Positions 7,599 to 17,219 of a stretch of 28,567 nt of DNA are shown here, piece by piece. The notes below the pieces were generated by a model. The model searched no databases. It had not been told where the DNA came from and was given only the letters and a program-made list of their open reading frames with translations. How positions within the stretch are numbered: position 1 is the first letter of the stretch; each line of letters opens with the position of its first letter. A program made the translations under genes and the position numbers. The DNA is from Candidatus Heimdallarchaeota archaeon (GTDB lineage: Archaea; Asgardarchaeota; Heimdallarchaeia; Heimdallarchaeales; Heimdallarchaeaceae). The stretch is taken from contig JAHLWR010000033.1 of assembly GCA_019057815.1 (NCBI GenBank), forward strand, positions 1 to 28,567. The letters run 5' to 3'.

Positions 7599-7987
7599 GA
7601 ACAGTAAAGAATAAAATCTTCAACTCTAGACGTTCTACTAATGATATCAGAGAGTTGGACAATTTGAATTGGTATGTCTCTTCGCGATAAGAAATCTTTA
7701 GCGTTACCGCTTATAGAGTTACAGATTAATATAAGTTTTTTTAATTCGAGAGCAACAATCATATCTTCAAGTTGCATTAGCTTGTTTGTTGGAATAGTTC
7801 TCTTCCAATTTATAGTTACAATTCCTAGCTTTTGCTCCTTTAAATAGAAATCTAGAACAAATTTTCTGCGCCCAATTTTAAATGTAGCACCTTCAAGTAC
7901 AGACAGATTTCTTGAAGCTAACCCGTTTCTTAGAATATAACTCAGTACAGAATCTCTTTCATTCATTAAATAAATTTCAGAAAGCAC
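7595..7987 (-). CDS. Small restriction-endonuclease-like (Mrr-type fold) protein, probably non-catalytic
   Basis: Helix-strand layout LDFYL...LGIVTINWK...KKLILICNSISGNAKDF resembles Mrr_cat; the ExK motif is absent. Likely start ATG 7966. Confidence 0.5.
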   Translation of the reverse strand: MLSEIYLMNERDSVLSYILRNGLASRNLSVLEGATFKIGRRKFVLDFYLKEQKLGIVTINWKRTIPTNKLMQLEDMIVALELKKLILICNSISGNAKDFLSRRDIPIQIVQLSDIISRTSRVEDFILYCS

Positions 7988-8099
7988 ATTAAAAACAAGG
8001 GCTATTACCGGTATGTTATTGTGAGAATATCAAAAATACTAAAGTTCTGACAAAAATCACGGGATAAAGAAAAAAGGCATTACATAAAATAACATTTTT

Positions 8100-10532
8100 T
8101 TAAGGGTAAATGTATTTCATATCTTTTCTATTTGACAATCGTATAATGAGTCTGTCTAAGAAGCTTATATGGCTTTTTATCATGAATTTAGGAATATCTG
8201 CAACCACATAAATATAGTCGACTTTCTTCAAGTCAGTAGTCACTTCCTTGTCTCTAACTTGATAACAAATAGTGTCATCAGATATTTTTGTTAAGATACA
8301 AGCTATACCAATTTCAAGTTCTTCCTTTGTGTAAATAATTACAGATTTACCTTCTAAGCTTTCTAACATTGTCCTTTGTACTTCGATTTTTTCTTTAAAC
8401 AGACGCAGCATAATAGCTGGAAGTTCAACAATTAAGTCTTTACCTTTTAATTTCAAAATCTTGGGTTTTTTATCAGTAGATATATCAAATTCAAAGTCGC
8501 TTGATTTTATAGATTGTTTAAAGTCTATTTTTAGCATCTTAGCTAATTTGTCAGCTCCTTCGTTAAAGAAGAAAACATATCCATTTTGTAGGTTTTCTAG
8601 ATAGTCTAAAGATCTTCCTGTGTAAGTTCTTGTGAATGTAGATTTATCCTCGAGGTTTTGGAATGTAAAAATAGGTTTATTGGATTTCGGATGCTTTTCC
8701 CATTTCTGCAATTCTCCAACTTGTCCATTTTTTAGTACATAGATATTGCTTTTTTGTGCATCATGAATATCATAATCAGAAACTAATATTCGATGTTCTT
8801 CTGTTTTTCCTTTTATTTTAAGCAAAAATGGTCTACAAATGGAATCGCTCACATGGATTCCAATTACTTCACCCTCAACAATCTTGTCAAACACGTAATC
8901 GTAAGCTACAATATAACGGTTCATATATCTTTCAATTAGATCTTTTGTCCTTGTTATTTCAAGATAGGAATTAATGCCATCATCACCATAGTAGGAGTTG
9001 AATTTTTCCGTAATTAATTCAGAGAAATCGTCTCTTTTCTTTCTTAGATTATTAACAGCATTCTTCCTTATGAAATTCGGCAAAAGTAGCCAATATGGTA
9101 AAAGAGCTCCTTTAACTGGAGAGAGATTATCATCCACTACAGAAATGATTCTATACGCTGTTCTTGGATGTGACATGAAAATATTTGCAAACATAGACCA
9201 GCGGCTGGGTCGGTAGATATTGCGATATAGACCAATAGCTGCTTCACCAAGGAATCGTTGTGTTTCTTCTTCAGAGAACTCCTTCCCTGTCAAAAGTTGA
9301 ACATTAAGTCCAAAATCACCTGCTACACCTTGATAAAAACCCTCAAGCTTATAGAGAGTTTGAGCAAGTTCTTTTCCATATCCAGCCTTTTTAGTCTGTA
9401 AATCAGCATCTCCTTCCATAATTCTAACGAAGATAAACAAGAAAGCCATTATACCATAATTAATCAGGAAATAAATAACAAAAGGAACTCTCTGCTCGTA
9501 TGCAGCATAATCTAAAGTTGTTGCGGGGAGTAAAAACGCTTTCTTAATAACCATTTCAGCAGAAGCTAAAACCTGTAACCACACAACATGAAAGCGTTTA
9601 TTATGCGAAAGTTCGTGCGCAACTATTCCTCTAACATCATCATCACTAAACTCATTAAGATTCTTACAAACGAAAGCAATGCGTTGATCATAAAATGGTC
9701 CATATGCCATTGCGTTTAGTATGGGAGCTTCAACATAACCAACTTTAATCTTCCATCTGATATTCAAACGAGTTCTTACTTCCTCAACTAGTTTAAGGAT
9801 TCTTTTATCGTCAATTGGTTTGATACCTAACAATTTAGTTAGCATAGGCCCAGAAACGAAATACATCCCAAAAGAAAGAAAAATGATTATCTCATATGGT
9901 GCAATTGAGAGAAATATCACTCTTTCTGCAATATCTTTGCTAATAGGTAAATAAAACCACATCAAATTTTGAGCATCAATAACACCTGTTTTTTCAAGAA
10001 GATTAGTAACAACATAAAGAACAACATAGACGAGAATAAAGAGAACAAGATATAGTATCTGTGGAGACATCATACGACTAACAAGTATGAACTTCTTGCC
10101 AAAGAATACCAGAGCTAGTATAATAAAGACAAAAATCATTATATTATACGCCCATCCTGAATAGATTTTATTGTCAAATACCTTATCTAAAATCGTACCA
10201 ACTAAAAATACAAGATAAGTAACCATTGAAATAATCATTAATTCGCGCCAAACTGGTGATTCCCTCAACTGATATGTTTGGTAAACTGCTAGCACAAACA
10301 AGCTTAAAGCTATTGCCATTAACCAATCGCTCCAGAAAATGAGCACTAGACCGAAAGTTATACCGATTAAAGCCAACATAAGGTTTTCTGATGTAGATCC
10401 ATGTTGTATTTTTGTTTTCAACTCAGTTACAAGGAACAATATACCAACTGAAGCAATGAGAATTCCTATTCCTACATTAGGGTCAGCTTTTATTATATCC
10501 CATAGTTGGTTAATGTAATCTAAAAGGGACAT
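8100..10532 (-). CDS. Large polytopic M48 (HtpX/Ste24-family) zinc metalloprotease
   Basis: NAMAYG, GIVAHELSH (HExxH), EGDAD third ligand, SHPRTAYRI; about 7 extra N-terminal TM helices and a ~270-aa soluble C-terminal extension. Confidence 0.88.
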   Translation of the reverse strand: MSLLDYINQLWDIIKADPNVGIGILIASVGILFLVTELKTKIQHGSTSENLMLALIGITFGLVLIFWSDWLMAIALSLFVLAVYQTYQLRESPVWRELMIISMVTYLVFLVGTILDKVFDNKIYSGWAYNIMIFVFIILALVFFGKKFILVSRMMSPQILYLVLFILVYVVLYVVTNLLEKTGVIDAQNLMWFYLPISKDIAERVIFLSIAPYEIIIFLSFGMYFVSGPMLTKLLGIKPIDDKRILKLVEEVRTRLNIRWKIKVGYVEAPILNAMAYGPFYDQRIAFVCKNLNEFSDDDVRGIVAHELSHNKRFHVVWLQVLASAEMVIKKAFLLPATTLDYAAYEQRVPFVIYFLINYGIMAFLFIFVRIMEGDADLQTKKAGYGKELAQTLYKLEGFYQGVAGDFGLNVQLLTGKEFSEEETQRFLGEAAIGLYRNIYRPSRWSMFANIFMSHPRTAYRIISVVDDNLSPVKGALLPYWLLLPNFIRKNAVNNLRKKRDDFSELITEKFNSYYGDDGINSYLEITRTKDLIERYMNRYIVAYDYVFDKIVEGEVIGIHVSDSICRPFLLKIKGKTEEHRILVSDYDIHDAQKSNIYVLKNGQVGELQKWEKHPKSNKPIFTFQNLEDKSTFTRTYTGRSLDYLENLQNGYVFFFNEGADKLAKMLKIDFKQSIKSSDFEFDISTDKKPKILKLKGKDLIVELPAIMLRLFKEKIEVQRTMLESLEGKSVIIYTKEELEIGIACILTKISDDTICYQVRDKEVTTDLKKVDYIYVVADIPKFMIKSHISFLDRLIIRLSNRKDMKYIYP

Positions 10533-10684
10533 GTTATCACCCGCATGATATATGACATTTTAAAACTTTTGTCTGGACATATTTTTGATGCATAACCTAT
10601 AAAAAAACATTTTACCAACATTCTCTTAGATTGTATTGCCAAAAAAATAATATATATACAGAGATTAGTTAGTTTAGAACTGTA

Positions 10685-11389
10685 ATGTCTGACATTGAAA
10701 TCAAGATGAATGTTCTCATAGAAGAGGGCAATGCAAATTATGATGTAAAACGATTTAAAGACGCAGCTAGAACTTTCGAGCACCTTATATCACTAGCTAT
10801 CAAGAATGATGACCCAGAAGAAGCAATTTATTTCTGTTATAGGGCTGCTGAGTGTTGGAAAAAAGCTAATAATGCATTGAACAGAATCCATATTTTCAAG
10901 GAAACAGGAAAATTGGCTTATACTATCTGTGCAAAAATATCAGAAGAATTCGCTTTAAAAGCTAGTACTGAAGAAGAGAAAGGAAAAGCATTTCTACTTG
11001 CAGGTGAAAGCCTTTTCTTTTTTAATCAAAAGATAGCTAAACAGAAGTTAGATGAAAGTCAGAAGATATTTGAGGGCCTAGTTAACAAAACTAAGAATAA
11101 TGACCAGAAAATAAAGTACTCATTATTGGCATTAGATGCCATTTCCTTATGCGGTACAAAAACAGAAATTAAACAAATGAGAATCAAAATAGCTAATCTA
11201 TATGAAAAAATAGCAACTGTTGAAACAAAGAAGGGATCACCTGAAAATTTACAAAAAGCTCTAAGAACGTACGAAGACGCTTTAGAAATTTACGAAAACA
11301 TAAAATCAAAAGAAAAAATAAAAACAGTTTCTGAAAAAATACAGAAACTTAAGAAAGATGTAGAATCATATGACCCTTTTGCAACATGA
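10685..11389 (+). CDS. TPR/alpha-SNAP-like helical repeat protein
   Basis: GNANY...FKDAARTFE...EEAIYFCYRAAECWKKA, KAFLLAGESL, KALRTYEDALEIY show TPR/SNAP periodicity. Confidence 0.65.
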   Translation: MSDIEIKMNVLIEEGNANYDVKRFKDAARTFEHLISLAIKNDDPEEAIYFCYRAAECWKKANNALNRIHIFKETGKLAYTICAKISEEFALKASTEEEKGKAFLLAGESLFFFNQKIAKQKLDESQKIFEGLVNKTKNNDQKIKYSLLALDAISLCGTKTEIKQMRIKIANLYEKIATVETKKGSPENLQKALRTYEDALEIYENIKSKEKIKTVSEKIQKLKKDVESYDPFAT

Positions 11390-11491
11390 AAAGAATAACT
11401 AAACTTCATTTATTTAGAAAAAAGTAGTCTAGATTAAACAAAAACAATACTGCTAAAAATAAAAAGTGAAGACAAAAATCAAGAAAAAACA

Positions 11492-11568
11492 GGTCCCGTA
11501 GCTCAGTTGGATAGAGCGTTGGCCTCCTAAGCCAATGGTCGCGTGTTCGAATCACGCTGGGACCGCCA
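11492..11568 (+). tRNA. tRNA-Arg(CCT), intronless, CCA encoded
   Basis: Acceptor GGTCCCG/TGGGACC, D arm GCTC/GAGC, anticodon stem TTGGC/GCCAA with loop CTCCTAA, T loop TTCGAAT, 3' GCCA. Confidence 0.96.
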
Positions 11569-11630
11569 ACAAACACACCTTTACAGATAAAATCATTATT
11601 GAAAGGTAAAAAGAGAAAGGAAGGACGAAA

Positions 11631-12164
11631 ATGAATATTGGAAAAATTCCTATGTATATTGTTAATCTACACACTTGCAATCCAAAAGCATGTACTGCGT
11701 CCAAAATTCTTCGATTTAGAAAAGCTAAAGAATTATCCGTCAAACAAATAAAAGCACATAGTATTGTTCTCACTCCTTTTTCAGAAAAAGCACTATCTCC
11801 TACAGACCGTGAATCAGCTTTACAATTTGGGTTGATTGCAATAGATTGCAGTTGGAATAAAATAGAAGAAGGGAAAGAAGCACTTTCACATGGGAATGGT
11901 CGCGCTTTGCCTTTTCTAATAGCAGCAAACACGATAAATTATGGGAAACCGACTAAATTAAGCACAATAGAAGCTTTAGGAGCTGCACTCTACATATTGG
12001 GTGAAAAGGAACAAGCGGTTGATTTACTGTCTCTATTCAATTGGGGAGAAGAGTTTCTAAAAATAAATAATGAATACTTAGAATTTTATAGAACAGCTAC
12101 GGACAGCGAAGATATAATCGTTAAGCAGTCTATTATAATGGATTCACTTTTCACAGAAAAGTAG
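11631..12164 (+). CDS. tsr3: 16S/18S rRNA aminocarboxypropyltransferase Tsr3 (DUF367)
   Basis: CNPKACTASK, LSPTD, IDCSW, RALPFLIAANTINYGKPTKLSTIEA, FNWGEEFLKIN. Confidence 0.94.
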   Translation: MNIGKIPMYIVNLHTCNPKACTASKILRFRKAKELSVKQIKAHSIVLTPFSEKALSPTDRESALQFGLIAIDCSWNKIEEGKEALSHGNGRALPFLIAANTINYGKPTKLSTIEALGAALYILGEKEQAVDLLSLFNWGEEFLKINNEYLEFYRTATDSEDIIVKQSIIMDSLFTEK

Positions 12165-12244
12165 AACTTAGAATTTCACCTTATTTATCAAAAAAAACTT
12201 TTTTTATATGCAACAAATATATTAAGGCTTAACGTTACTTTTTT

Positions 12245-13366
12245 TTGATGAAAATTGGTATTTGTTGTTTTCCAACAGTTGGAGGGTCAGGAATAGCTGC
12301 TACTCAACTTGCAATTGAGCTTGCAAAAAAGGACCACGAAGTCTACTTAATTTCTTATGATACACCTTTCTTGCTCAGAAGTTCACGACATCCAAATATT
12401 ACACTTGAACTTGTTGATATTCTATCTTATCCTCTTTTCAAAGATATTGGAGCTCCTTATACAATTCTAGCAGCGTCAAAACTGGTAGAGTTGGTTACAA
12501 GAGTGAATTTAGACATTTTACACATTCATTATGCTATTCCAACGGGAGTTTCTGCATATCTTACTAAATTAATTACAAATGTTCCTGTCGTAATAACTGC
12601 TCACGGTTCGGACATACACATTCTAGGAGTAGACCCCTCATATAATCCTATTATTTCTCATGTCTTTCAAAATGTGGATGGAATTTCCACAGTGTCCAAT
12701 TTTATGAAAAAGGAAATATATGATAAATTTGCTAAAAACCAGGATGTAGAAGTTATTTATAACCCCATAGATATAGAGAAATATCAAAAAATTGAAACCC
12801 AGATTTGCGATTTTAGACTGCATCATGACACAAATTTCGTCCATGTTTCAAACTTCCGACCTGTTAAAGACACACCATTCATTGTTGAAGCTTTTGCAGA
12901 GGTTCTGAAAGAAAAGCCAGATTTGGGATTAATTCTAGTAGGAGAAGGACCAGAAAGGAAGAAATGTGAAGAACTCGCGTGTAAACTTGGGATTAGAGAT
13001 AATATCATCTTCCAGGGTATTCGATCATATCTCTCTCCCATTTACAACTGCGCTACAGCTTTGCTGTCTGCTAGTAAGAATGAGAGTTTTGGATTAACAC
13101 TTGCTGAAGCAATGGCTTGTGAAACACCCGCGATTGCCCCTCGAGTGGGAGGAGTCCCAGAAGTAATTGATCACGAGGTTAATGGCTATATATACGAGCT
13201 AGGTGATAAAGAAAGCTTAGTAGATTACATGATTATGTTGTTGAATGATGAAAAGTTAAAAGATAGACTTGGTAAAGCAGGAAGAGAGAAAGTTGTAAAC
13301 AACTTCAGTGGAAGCGATATCGCAGAAGAGTACATAAAATGGTACAGAAAAATACTCAAAGATTGA
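12245..13366 (+). CDS. bshA: N-acetyl-alpha-D-glucosaminyl L-malate synthase BshA (GT4)
   Basis: CFPTVGGSGIAATQLA, YPLF, HIHYAIP, HGSD, HVSNFRPVK, ESFGL are BshA signature motifs. Start probably ATG 12248. Confidence 0.9.
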   Translation: MMKIGICCFPTVGGSGIAATQLAIELAKKDHEVYLISYDTPFLLRSSRHPNITLELVDILSYPLFKDIGAPYTILAASKLVELVTRVNLDILHIHYAIPTGVSAYLTKLITNVPVVITAHGSDIHILGVDPSYNPIISHVFQNVDGISTVSNFMKKEIYDKFAKNQDVEVIYNPIDIEKYQKIETQICDFRLHHDTNFVHVSNFRPVKDTPFIVEAFAEVLKEKPDLGLILVGEGPERKKCEELACKLGIRDNIIFQGIRSYLSPIYNCATALLSASKNESFGLTLAEAMACETPAIAPRVGGVPEVIDHEVNGYIYELGDKESLVDYMIMLLNDEKLKDRLGKAGREKVVNNFSGSDIAEEYIKWYRKILKD

Positions 13367-13378
13367 TTTATCTCTTTT

Positions 13379-15004
13379 TCATAGGTTAGAATTAATATAT
13401 CCTATTCCACCCACTTGGGATATTTTGGAGTAGAATCTTCTATAAGAGGCTAAATAATCTTGTAATCCTGTAACACTTGCCATTACAAACCATGGCCAAC
13501 TTACCTCTTGCCATTGATGATTTACATCATACATACCGAATTGCCAAGATTTGTATTTTTCAATTAAGCTGTTTTGAGTAAGATTTATTTTCTTTAGTTC
13601 ATCCATTTTTGCTAAAACATTGCTTGTAATTGATAACCAAGCATCTTTTCCGAGTTCAAAATCGTTTTTTCTACGAGCTTTAGCAACTGCACCTAAGGAT
13701 TTGAAAAAATCACTTTCAAAGAGCGAATATTGAAGTAATTGTGGATCTTTAGTAACTTTTTCAATCCATGGAGTATTATAAAGAACTCTAGTATATTTCA
13801 TGTAGATTGGAAGTTGTATTCCTATTTTTCTTACTGCAGGAATAACTTGAGCATTATAGTTTATTTCTCCTGGTCCTGAAACCCTAATAGTAACTGGTAA
13901 AATAGATTGGAGTTGAGCTTGATTAGTATCAAGACGTGGAGATAGATGCAAAGAAAGAGAAGACAAATCAAGATTGTTTTTATCAACACTGAAATTATAG
14001 TTAGATTTATCTATAGGACATTTTCCTTGAAATTTTAACTCATTATTTTCTTCAACACAACGTAGTTTAACTCTGTAACCATCATTAGGACACTCATAAA
14101 AAAATGGTGAGTAGTTAGAATCTTTTCTAGTTGTTGTTGGATGAAAACCCATTGATTCAATTTTAGTGCTTGCTCTATTGAACTCTTCAATATATTCCTT
14201 TCTCGATTTGAGGAAGGGATAATATCCTTCAATCAATAACTCACGTATCCCAGGATTAGAAGAAGGAAAGAATATTACACCCCAGTCATTCAGGATATTA
14301 GCTTGAACACCCCAAATTAGAGTAACCCACTCACCTAGAGTGAGAGAAGAGCGGTAAGTTTCCCGAATAAACGAGATTATGTGAGATACTCTTTCACTAA
14401 ATAGTTTTTGAATGAATCTATCGCTTATTGAAGATTTGAATTCGTTGAAAATATTTGTTATAACATCTATGCTGTTTTTTAACCATTGGTAATCATCAGA
14501 CTTAATTGTGTGAAGAGCACACCCTTCTATTGAACTATTGTTTATTATTGATTTACTAGCAGAGGTTTGAAAATTAGGTAAGTGTATAGTTGTTATTTCA
14601 GGTTGAACCCCATCATGAGTGTTTACAAGGAACATTGGAACAAGTTGTTTTTCCATCTCTTTGCTTATATCAGAGAGGTTAACAATTGTTGCAATTTTAT
14701 TAGCAATAATACCGACTCCCCCGAAAATAGTTGCTTGTTGTCCAGCTAAAACAATCCCATTCTCCATCTGAGAGATGTTAGACGCAACTTTAGGAGTAAG
14801 TAGTCCTAGTTTTTCATGATATTTAGTAAGAATCTGTTTTAGTTTACTCATCTTGTTTGAATCGAAAGACAATTTTTCTCTTGTTAGAGCTGTTTCCACA
14901 GCATCCAGATGAGTTTTTGGTAGCGAACCATAAAAGTAACTACTATCAAGAAAGTTTTTTTCATCACTCATATAGGCTTCATATGAATCCCCGATGGTTC
15001 TCAT
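13379..15004 (-). CDS. bshC: Bacillithiol cysteine-adding enzyme BshC
   Basis: 541 aa; AGQQ...GG...NK and GPGEINYNAQ motifs; convergent with bshA. Confidence 0.8.
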   Translation of the reverse strand: MRTIGDSYEAYMSDEKNFLDSSYFYGSLPKTHLDAVETALTREKLSFDSNKMSKLKQILTKYHEKLGLLTPKVASNISQMENGIVLAGQQATIFGGVGIIANKIATIVNLSDISKEMEKQLVPMFLVNTHDGVQPEITTIHLPNFQTSASKSIINNSSIEGCALHTIKSDDYQWLKNSIDVITNIFNEFKSSISDRFIQKLFSERVSHIISFIRETYRSSLTLGEWVTLIWGVQANILNDWGVIFFPSSNPGIRELLIEGYYPFLKSRKEYIEEFNRASTKIESMGFHPTTTRKDSNYSPFFYECPNDGYRVKLRCVEENNELKFQGKCPIDKSNYNFSVDKNNLDLSSLSLHLSPRLDTNQAQLQSILPVTIRVSGPGEINYNAQVIPAVRKIGIQLPIYMKYTRVLYNTPWIEKVTKDPQLLQYSLFESDFFKSLGAVAKARRKNDFELGKDAWLSITSNVLAKMDELKKINLTQNSLIEKYKSWQFGMYDVNHQWQEVSWPWFVMASVTGLQDYLASYRRFYSKISQVGGIGYINSNL

Positions 15005-15191
15005 ACAACATCTACTTTGGAAGAACTAAATTATAAATTGATTGATTTAGCAAGAAGATTATTAATTTATTACGTCAATGCTCAAATATGAATTTTTAAA
15101 AGTTTTTCAGACAACTTTGAGAAGCGAACAAAACTCGAAAGAGTTAAAAAGGCAAAAGCTAGCGCTTTTATGTAATTGAGGAGATTAGAAT

Positions 15192-17192
15192 TTGCAGAAC
15201 CAGAGACTGATGAATCTAACAATTTTGTCTATAATTGTTTTTGGACTAGTTCTTAGCAATAGTTTGAGTCTATCAACAAGTCAATTGAATACCGAAACTC
15301 ATTTAGACAATATAATCCAGAATGGTGATATAATCACATTTAATGATACTGTACCTATAATAGACGGTAATTTAGAATCTTATGTTGGAGAATGGAAAAA
15401 TGCTGTAGAATATTCAGCAACCTTTGGAGATAGTAATTCAGTTGCAATTAAAGTCAAAGCTAATTCAACTCATTTATTTATGGTTATAAATTACATATCA
15501 TACACTTATGTAACAGTAAACACAACAATTCCTATTGAAGCAGATTATAATAACCAAACTCATAGCTGGTATGCAATAATTTTTGATAGAAATTTTGATC
15601 ACAAATATGGATCTGAGCTAACTCCTGATGATATAGTTTTAATAAATTATAGAGTTAATGGTTCTCAAGATGCGTTCTTGAATGGTCAAGCAAATGATTC
15701 TCTTGTTATCGACATTAACAATAACGGTTATGAAGACACCTATGCAAATGTAAGTATTGATACAAACATTATAGACGAGCATAATATAACTATTGAATTC
15801 ACTAAAAAACTCGATTCTTTGGACACAAAGGGACATGACATATCATTAAAACAAAGTGACACTCTGCCTTTTGCTCTAATGGTTTTTGAAAATGAAACAG
15901 CATTGTTTAATGAAACAATTATTTATAGTGCTGTAACAGATTGGCAGATTCTTAAATTAGAATCGCTTTATAGTACATTTTCATATATAGAAGACATCGC
16001 AAATTTGAATGTTACTACTTATATATCTGATTCATCCTTTACAGCAGAAGAAAACTTGACCAGCATCCATTACTTGTTAGATACCTTGGGAATAAATTCA
16101 ACGCTTCATAATTCCAACACTCACTATACTATCGCATCTAGTAATCTTGAACATGTTAATTTGTTCATTTTAGTGGGTTCTCAAGTAGATCTTAGTGACG
16201 ATGAAATAGATGCTTTAAGGAGTTTTGTGGCTTCAGGTGGTAATTTATTGGTTCTAGGTGATCAAAGAGAGCGTCAAAGTACAATTAATCTCTTATTAAG
16301 AAACTTTGGTATGGAATTATACAATTACACACTTTTTGATGAAATAACAAATAATTCATCCCTTATTTTAGAAACAGACAATTTTGCAGATGTTCCTTAT
16401 CTCGTACAACCAATGGAATTCACAAATCAAACTATCAACACAATAGATTATTTTGGAACAGCTATTAACTTCACAGATGGTTATGGTGAAAGTATTTACC
16501 AGTTACAAGAAGGTGACCTATATCCAGTGGTTTCATTCTCTGGTGACTACTATATAGATGTTGATGAAAATGGAGAGTTTAATTCAACTTTAGATGTAGT
16601 TCTTAACGAAACAACCGTTGTACAAGCAGCCTTAGAGTTGCAAAGAGGAGGAAAAGTTCTAGCTTTTGCTTCAGCTGATATATTTAATGTAAGTTATATA
16701 GTTAACAAGGATGTTAGAGCCTTACTACTACGTGAAGTATCCTGGATGTTAGATTTTCAATTTCGAATACATTATGATGATTTCAGCATATTAGATATTT
16801 CAGTAGTAAAAAGTGATGAGATAAATGTTAATATATCTGTTTACGGTGATGAAGGAGCTATTTTAAACGATGTTCAAGTTTGGGTGGTAGCAACAGAACT
16901 AAAAATTGATACCGACAAAGGAAATCTTACAGTAATGGACGATGGTATCTCATTTTATGGATCTATTGTTCCTGAAAATGTTAAAGGAGCTTTCACAGAT
17001 ATAACTATCCGAATGCATCAACGTGGATACGGTTACACAGAAACTGAGTTGATTGAAGTCTATATTGACCTTACAGTAGATAGTTCTTTACCTCTTAATG
17101 TATTAACCTTTATAATCTTCTTAATATCTATTGGATTAGCTGTTTTTGGAACAATAATTCTAAGAAAAACAAAAAAACAGGAAAGTAGCTAA
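15192..17192 (+). CDS. Type I membrane glycoprotein with DOMON/CBM9-like N-domain, GIFT (GldG/IFT52/OST48) domain and Ig-like domain; Wbp1/OST48-like
   Basis: Signal peptide; PIIDG...GEW, IEFTKKLDSLD (DOMON-like); EIDALRSFVASGGNLLVLGD...INLLLRNFG...GKVLAFASADIF (GIFT); C-terminal TM followed by RKTKK. Confidence 0.6.
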   Translation: MQNQRLMNLTILSIIVFGLVLSNSLSLSTSQLNTETHLDNIIQNGDIITFNDTVPIIDGNLESYVGEWKNAVEYSATFGDSNSVAIKVKANSTHLFMVINYISYTYVTVNTTIPIEADYNNQTHSWYAIIFDRNFDHKYGSELTPDDIVLINYRVNGSQDAFLNGQANDSLVIDINNNGYEDTYANVSIDTNIIDEHNITIEFTKKLDSLDTKGHDISLKQSDTLPFALMVFENETALFNETIIYSAVTDWQILKLESLYSTFSYIEDIANLNVTTYISDSSFTAEENLTSIHYLLDTLGINSTLHNSNTHYTIASSNLEHVNLFILVGSQVDLSDDEIDALRSFVASGGNLLVLGDQRERQSTINLLLRNFGMELYNYTLFDEITNNSSLILETDNFADVPYLVQPMEFTNQTINTIDYFGTAINFTDGYGESIYQLQEGDLYPVVSFSGDYYIDVDENGEFNSTLDVVLNETTVVQAALELQRGGKVLAFASADIFNVSYIVNKDVRALLLREVSWMLDFQFRIHYDDFSILDISVVKSDEINVNISVYGDEGAILNDVQVWVVATELKIDTDKGNLTVMDDGISFYGSIVPENVKGAFTDITIRMHQRGYGYTETELIEVYIDLTVDSSLPLNVLTFIIFLISIGLAVFGTIILRKTKKQESS

Positions 17193-17219
17193 TCTTTCCA
17201 CTTCCTTTTCCCTTTATTA

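Noticed and set aside
8998-15836. ORFs at 8998, 10520, 11552, 12638, 12823, 14035 and 15639
   Set aside because: Overlap confident CDSs, a tRNA or promoters; no motifs.
17163-17192. KKXX retrieval signal on the Wbp1-like protein
   Set aside because: Lysines are at -5/-6 (KKQESS), not -3/-4; more likely a positive-inside anchor.
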